Assembly: GCA_023515725.1 (NCBI GenBank)
Contig: JALDTO010000251.1
Span: forward strand, 620,001-684,000
DNA from: Amoeboaphelidium protococcarum X5
Taxonomy: Eukaryota; Fungi; Aphelidiomycota
Direction of reading: 5' to 3'
Length of the DNA stretch: 64,000 nt
Shown here: piece after piece, positions 56,878-64,000 of the stretch
How positions within the stretch are numbered: position 1 is the stretch's first letter
How the letters are laid out: each line of letters begins with the position of its first letter
The notes under the pieces: generated by a model
What the model saw: only the letters and a program-made list of their open reading frames with translations
The model's database searches: none
What the model was told of the DNA's origin: nothing
Made by a program: the position numbers and the translations under genes

Positions 56878-57296
56878 ATTGTGACAATATACAAGACACG
56901 TTTGACGTTGAGACTAAAATTTGCATTGCGGATAATTTGATAAAAATGAATAATGATATGACATAGTTGCAGGAATTTGCGGGCTCTGTGTGGCCTTTCT
57001 ACTTTACATTTGAACCTGCTTTCGCCTTCGTATCCTAATCTTTCAAAGTTTCGTGCCATTGGACTTTTTACCATTGGATTAATCCTTAAATCAACTTAGA
57101 ATATATCGCCGAGATATTTGTACAGTTCTGGTAATAGAACATTTGAAGATTGACCAGTGAATGAGATTGTTGCATAGCTGAAATATAAACGCGTGATGGA
57201 TATAATTCTGTACGCAAAGTCCCAGCGGAACTCTATGCATTCGTTATTTAGACTCCTTGGTATTCTGATAGGGCTAGTCCAGCCTATCATATTACC

Positions 57297-57380
57297 GCGG
57301 TGAAGTGGGATGATAATATGACTTTCCTATCTTGTGACATTGTACCGCGTGTTTTGAACTCTATCGCTTAGGCGAAGTTT
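57297..57380 (+). repeat. diverged direct repeat downstream of the Crinkler-like gene
   Basis: Aligns with 54805-54890. Confidence 0.75.
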
Positions 57381-57700
57381 TCTGTTGGCAGAGATTTACA
57401 CACACGCTTACTGTATTCCGGCTATGCTGAGCAAAGCAGAGCAGAGGATCTCGCGCGGCCTTTTCTTCTGTTTTTCGGGAGAACGGAATAAACTTTCGCT
57501 TCTCCTCTCTTTTACACAGAGCTGGTACATAATATACTTGCCTGGTAGAGAGAACTCTTCATAGCAGTCGGAGACTTTCGCCTCTAGATAAAGAATAAGT
57601 TTTTGCTCTCTTGGCTGTAATATAGAACTTTAACAATTGCCAAAGCATTCACAACTCTAAATTTAGCTTGGAATTATATAGAATCTCCTCTGTTAATTAA

Positions 57701-59149
<1,449 letters not shown>

Positions 59150-59363
59150 TTTTAAATTATTATTTATACTTTGTATTTAACCTGATATTAACTCTACTAC
59201 TTGCTGCTCTGTGGCTAGAATTCTTATAGTTCGAATTTTAACGAAATCTACTTTAGTTTGTAGGTTGAATCAATCAGTAAATATCACTTCACTCTCAGCG
59301 ATCGACTTCTCTTCTTTTTTTAAGTATCACAACTTGATTCTTATCTCAAACCTTGATCGCTAA

Positions 59364-60190
59364 ATGTCGTAAGCGAAGATTGCTCCATCCCTATTAAGTG
59401 GCGACTTTGCTAGGCTCGCAGAGGAATGCCAGAGAATGGTGGATTGCGGTAGGATATGTGTTTGAGTACAATCTGTATCTTGAAAGTTGGAGTTGGTGTA
59501 GGAGCGGACATGTTGCATATGGATGTGATGGATGGACACTTTGTGCCAAATTTGACCATTGGGGCGCCGATTATAAAGTCTCTGCGTCCGCATACGAAAG
59601 CATTTTTGGATTGTCATCTTATGGTCAGCCATCCATAGCAGTGGATCGATGACTTTGCCAAAGCTGGCGCTGATGGTTACACGTTCCATATTGAGGCTAT
59701 CGCTGCTGGTGCTGGTAGTAGTAATGGTGTAGATTTGCGACAAATGTGTTAACGCGTCAAAGATGCTGGTATGAGATGCGGGATATCTATAAAGCCAAAG
59801 ACTCAACTCTCTGATAAAGCTCCAGGGACTGATCGTTCTATAATTGATGCGTTGATGGATTTGATCAGAAGCGGACTTTTGGATATGATTCTGATTATGA
59901 CTGTCGAGCCGGGATTCGGAGGTTAGAAAATATAAATTGAATAGCTGTAAAAAGTCACAGCATTGCGCGAATAGCTGAACAAGATTGCTGTAGATGTCGA
60001 ATAGGCCCTGCAGTTTGATATTCAAGTAGACGGCGGCATAGATTTGACTAACATTGAGATTGTGGCGCGTTCTGGTGCTAACGTTATAGTTAGCGGCACT
60101 GGTATATTCAAGCCTAAGCAAGAAGGTGTCAGTAGTAAAGATGTAATCACACAGATGAAAGACATTGTGAACAGCCACATTCGCAGTTGA
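59364..60190 (+). CDS. RPE1: ribulose-phosphate 3-epimerase
   Basis: [38 protein letters not shown] (Q=TAG), VDGG. Intron 59449-59501. Confidence 0.95.
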
Positions 60191-60294
60191 ATGACAATCT
60201 TTATCCAAATCAATGCGTTCTTTTCTGTTTATTCAGTGATTATTATCGTTTATAATTAAAGTTCAGACTAAATGAAGCCAATAGTTTAATGATT

Positions 60295-61416
60295 TCAATT
60301 ATTGATGTTGAGCGCATTCAATATTCCATTGTAAGTGATCCCCTCGTGCGGGTTCCAAACACATTGCAACCGGTACTCAAACTGGTTCTTGTAAACTTTC
60401 ACGGCAGAGGGATACATTGATATAATGGGCATAGAGTCACCATTGTTAAGTACACTCCTCTAATTGGCAGTGAATGCATAAAAGTACTGATCAAAATCTT
60501 GCAATATATACATTAAGATAGTGATGAAGACTTGTTACGCTAAATCAATCACAATACCGTCTTCAATCACAAAGGTATCCATACCTGAATTACTAAACAT
60601 AGCCTCAATGAACAGATGAAAAGCTTATCGGGACTTTAATAGTTCTACGAGCCATGAGATAAAGTTAATGACATGGCACGCCCATGGAAGGTAGTTGTTA
60701 ATGTCTCCACCACCGCCACCACTACCACGTGTCAGGGCCAGACTCTATGAACACATTTCGGGAAACCGCACAGCCAGCAGTGACAAGCTCCTCAATGCAA
60801 ATAGGCCAAGTGCACGAAAGTCTGTAGTGGGATCTTTTTATTAGAATCCCAGGCGTTCCCAATCTGGAGTCACCGCCTAATATTTTATACCTGGAGGTGT
60901 AAGAGTGATAAACAGAGATCTCAACAACTGTTCATGTTACTCGATAGATGCATCAACTTTGACAGTCATTTCACACCTAATCTAACCAGTAAATAAGATA
61001 ACAGCTTTATAACATGCCATAAATCTATGTAAAGCATCTTTTCCATTCTAATCTAGGTAAGAACACTTTTTAACGTTGAGAACTTTAACCAAAATCTAAC
61101 TCAGATCTTAAATACTTGTTGAAGAATCCTCCACTTGAATTCTCAATGCCATTAGTTAGTGAGATAGCATCCAACTCTAATACAATCGTGCTATAGTAAT
61201 AGAATCTAATTTCCTTACATTAAGAATACTCTATGTAGACTCTGGTTGTATGTCTTGAGAAGTAGTCAACAATAATCTTTCCAATTCAGACTAACCAGTC
61301 ATCTTGTGTAATAGAAACTTTACCAACTTGTCTAATCGTAGGAGTATATCATGACTTTGAACTAATTTGAACTTGTAATAGTAATACAAACGCCTCACCA
61401 ACTCAATAACTCCCAT
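60295..61416 (-). CDS. ELMO-domain protein (ELMOD-type ARF GAP)
   Basis: TGQSELERL, WERLGFQQKDPTTDFRALG, LPWACHVINF. Confidence 0.85.
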
Positions 61417-61545
61417 TTATAATTACTGTTGCTTACTATTCTTCTATGTACAATCTGAAATTAAAATCGATTACAAATTTTGGAGATGAAGAGATCAAGA
61501 TCAACAGTTTCTTATTGTTAACACAAAGTAATAGTCAACAAATTA

Positions 61546-62250
61546 TCAATTTTTTGCTAGAGAGGAACAATATTCATCGAATAGCTTCTTCTTGTTGCCT
61601 TTAAATGCTTTAAATCTATCATCAGTCTTGATCTTTTTAACTTCAATTTCGTAAGAGCTGAATTTATTAACGCCAATCTCCTGCAACATGTCAAGAAACT
61701 CTTGCCGTCTTTCAGTGTCAGATTTTACCGGTTTTGTAGGTTCACTCTACACTTTAGGAGTAGTCGTGTTTTTATCATCATTGACTTACTCTATGACGCT
61801 TATACTGTTAGATGCGTTAACATTTGATTAGGATTATACTTCATCTACTAAAGTATCATCGATGGCGGCATGATGCAATACTGACGCGTCTTCATCAAAC
61901 TGTCTCAGAAACGATTAAACTTCTTCAGGGCACTCCCACTGACTGAGTTAAAGTGTACTCTAGTGATAGAATATATGGCCCAGATTAGTGATGCAGATAA
62001 TCCATTGAGTGTTTGGTACATTTACACTCTCCACAATCTTTTCCTCCCTGCGCAATCGAGATAATTCTTACTCAATCTCTACAATCTCCTAAGGCTTTTC
62101 ATTACGCGTCTACTTTGTCAGATGATTGTAATAATAATAGACTCCATCACCGCCGGGTAATGCTGATGTAGAATAAGTAGTGGCAGATCTCTCTTCAGTC
62201 CAATAATTAATCTTTGGAATCTTGTCAAAGTACTGATGCGTTCTCTCCAT
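61546..62250 (-). CDS. WW-WW-FF protein (Urn1/TCERG1-like, compact)
   Basis: W..GVYYYYNHLT; W...GHIFYH...QWECP; EFLDMLQE..NKFSSY...DDRF...LFDEYC. Confidence 0.7.
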
Positions 62251-62761
62251 TTTTGTTGTTGGTAATACACTGCGATTAACGGTAAGTGAAAGAGGATAAA
62301 GCAGATTTGCGAGCAAAACTAAGAATTAAACTTTCGAACGTGAACTGGTGTAAAATTTCGTCTATTATCATACGAAGCAGTATAAACGGGAAAAGTTGGT
62401 CATTATTGAGAAATTTAGTAATGATCAAGCCATTGTCGGATGTGTCTTTTATAGATAAGCTAAGAATGAGAGAACGCATAATGAGGTGAGGCGTCATCGC
62501 TGAAACAGATCTGAGTACAGATAGAGATAAAGAAAGAGAGAGCGAGAGAATCCCTCTTCAAACGAGATGTACGACGCGACGCCACATATCTTTCTTATTC
62601 TCTTCTCTTCTCATTCTCTCTTCAACGCGGAACGACAAGAATTACTGTGTTTCGCTCTTAGAAGTATCGACAATTACCGTAACCTTTTATATCCATTGTC
62701 TACTTGACAGAATTGTTAAATTCTATTTATTAATTCTCTATCTCTCTCTCTCCTTTACGTT

Positions 62762-64000
62762 ATGACTAAATTCTAGTTGAATTCTCTTGGTGCTCAGGCT
62801 GTCGGTGCTGCTGATGTGTCTCGTGGTGAATAAGTGGACAGTGCTGCCAAATTGGCTGCTTAGTAGTTGCACAGTGCTTCCACTCTCGAGAAGAAGTAGA
62901 GTAATAATGTGTCCCAAAATTCTGCGTCTGGTGTCCTTACTCCTTCAGATTCTAGAAATTCTATTAGTAGTGGTCATCAGGATGAATTTCCTAGTCAGAA
63001 GCGCTAGTTGAGTCCACAAAAAGTGTAGGTGTCTTAGAAGTAGATACTGCTGTAGAATGGTGGCAACACTGTGGCTACTGTGAAGAGAGTCCGTCCCATT
63101 TAGGTTGCACCTCCTCCCGGTCTGCTGAAGCATACATCCAATGTCCAGAATCACCAATAGCATGGTGGTGCTGCTAATTTGCCTGGGTCATACGTTCAGG
63201 TGGATGCTCCGTAGCAGCACATAGACTCCAACTACCAAAAGTTCATCAAGTTACGTGCTGTGAGTGGTGCTCTGGCTTCAGACTGGTCAGTTGGACGTGC
63301 TTTGCCTGAGGTTCCGAGGTATTTGAGTGCCGAGTTGGCCAGTGCTTCCATGTCTATGCAGTAAATGGTTGGTGTTCATGCCCAGTATCGACAACTGTGT
63401 CAGTAATAATAGTTATAATAACAAGGTGGTTCTTAGTAGTAGTAGTAGCAGTAGTAGTAGTAGTAGCAGTAGTAGTAGTCTGCGCATTTGAACTAGGTGT
63501 CCGTATAGTCCTCAGTTAATGTATCTGAGAATGTCACCTTGTAGCCACAGTAATTGGCTAAACCCGTGGATTCTGTGTATATTCCTCCTCCTCTACGTTC
63601 AAAGATTGAAGCTAGACTTACTGAGCCTTTGGGTCAAAGTGCTGCTGGTGCATTTAAAGTTTCTCAGTTGAAAGATTCGTACGCTCCTCCTATTATTAAG
63701 GATTCTTCTATAGCTGATCAGTCTTCATCTGCAAGCGTTAATCAGAGTAGTGGCAATAATAAGCGGAGATTGGCTCCTACAAAGGTGACTGCCTAGTAAA
63801 TGTTCTCTTTGAATGCTCCTGCTAAGTTTTAGCAGCACCCGCTTAGGTAATAATAGTAACAGCAGCAAGTTGACTCTGGTCTGTCTTATTCATCCATGGT
63901 CAGTAGAAATGTTTAAGCTCCTACTATCACTCCTCCCCTTGTTGTTGAAAAGTAGAAAGTTGATCTTCCAGCTGTTGTTGAATCTGAGGCAAGTAACAAG
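62762..64000 (+). CDS. Q/S/P-rich low-complexity protein, N-terminal part (runs off the window end)
   Basis: Open frame from ATG 62762 to the window end under TAR=Gln, containing a 15-Q tract. Confidence 0.75.
63434..63478 (+). repeat. (TAG)n/CAG microsatellite encoding polyglutamine
   Basis: 13 TAG plus 2 CAG codons, in frame with the 62762 CDS. Confidence 0.85.

Noticed and set aside
59360-60208. 282-aa minus-strand ORF
   Set aside because: Antisense shadow of RPE1; no motifs.
63434-63478. (TAG)n arrays here and at 53182-53214 as stop-codon arrays, telomeric or CRISPR-like repeats
   Set aside because: In frame, mixed with CAG/CAA, and inside CDSs: they are polyGln tracts. No spacers.

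Overview
Very gene-dense eukaryotic (Holomycota-like) nuclear DNA that uses a non-standard genetic code: TAA and TAG encode Gln and TGA is the only stop (translation table 6). The supplied standard-code ORF track therefore breaks almost every gene into fragments. Re-read by eye with TAR=Gln and short GT..TGTAG introns, the window holds about 45 genes, most of them housekeeping: SFC1, JIP5/WDR55, CLYBL-like, CRC1, S1/P1 nuclease, MDM38/LETM1, EBP, QNG1, a Rim15/Greatwall kinase, CDC50, rhomboid, TIM17, ACOT8, CDC10 septin, MDM10, CstF-50, Pcl cyclin, DNAJC9, eIF3j, NAA38, CTF8, TRM10, GVP36, POLD4, PTEN, RPE1 and ELMOD. Fungal-type genes (MDM10, GVP36, Pcl) sit beside animal-type ones (TRIM/RBCC, NRF-6, CstF-50, EBP). 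That mix plus TAR=Gln points to an aphelid such as Amoeboaphelidium protococcarum (inference). The accessory content is the most interesting part. (1) A tandem array of five divergent paralogues at 47.4-53.3 kb, built as signal peptide / YxxAP pro-domain / invariant LxKR Kex2-type site / hydrophobic helical C-terminal module; these are candidate processed membrane-active effectors. (2) A pair of small secreted paralogues inserted between 459-bp direct repeats. (3) A Crinkler-type Ubl-NTPase-REase effector flanked by diverged direct repeats. All 22 introns I inferred end in TGTAG. Coordinates and exon boundaries were derived manually and no database searches were run.
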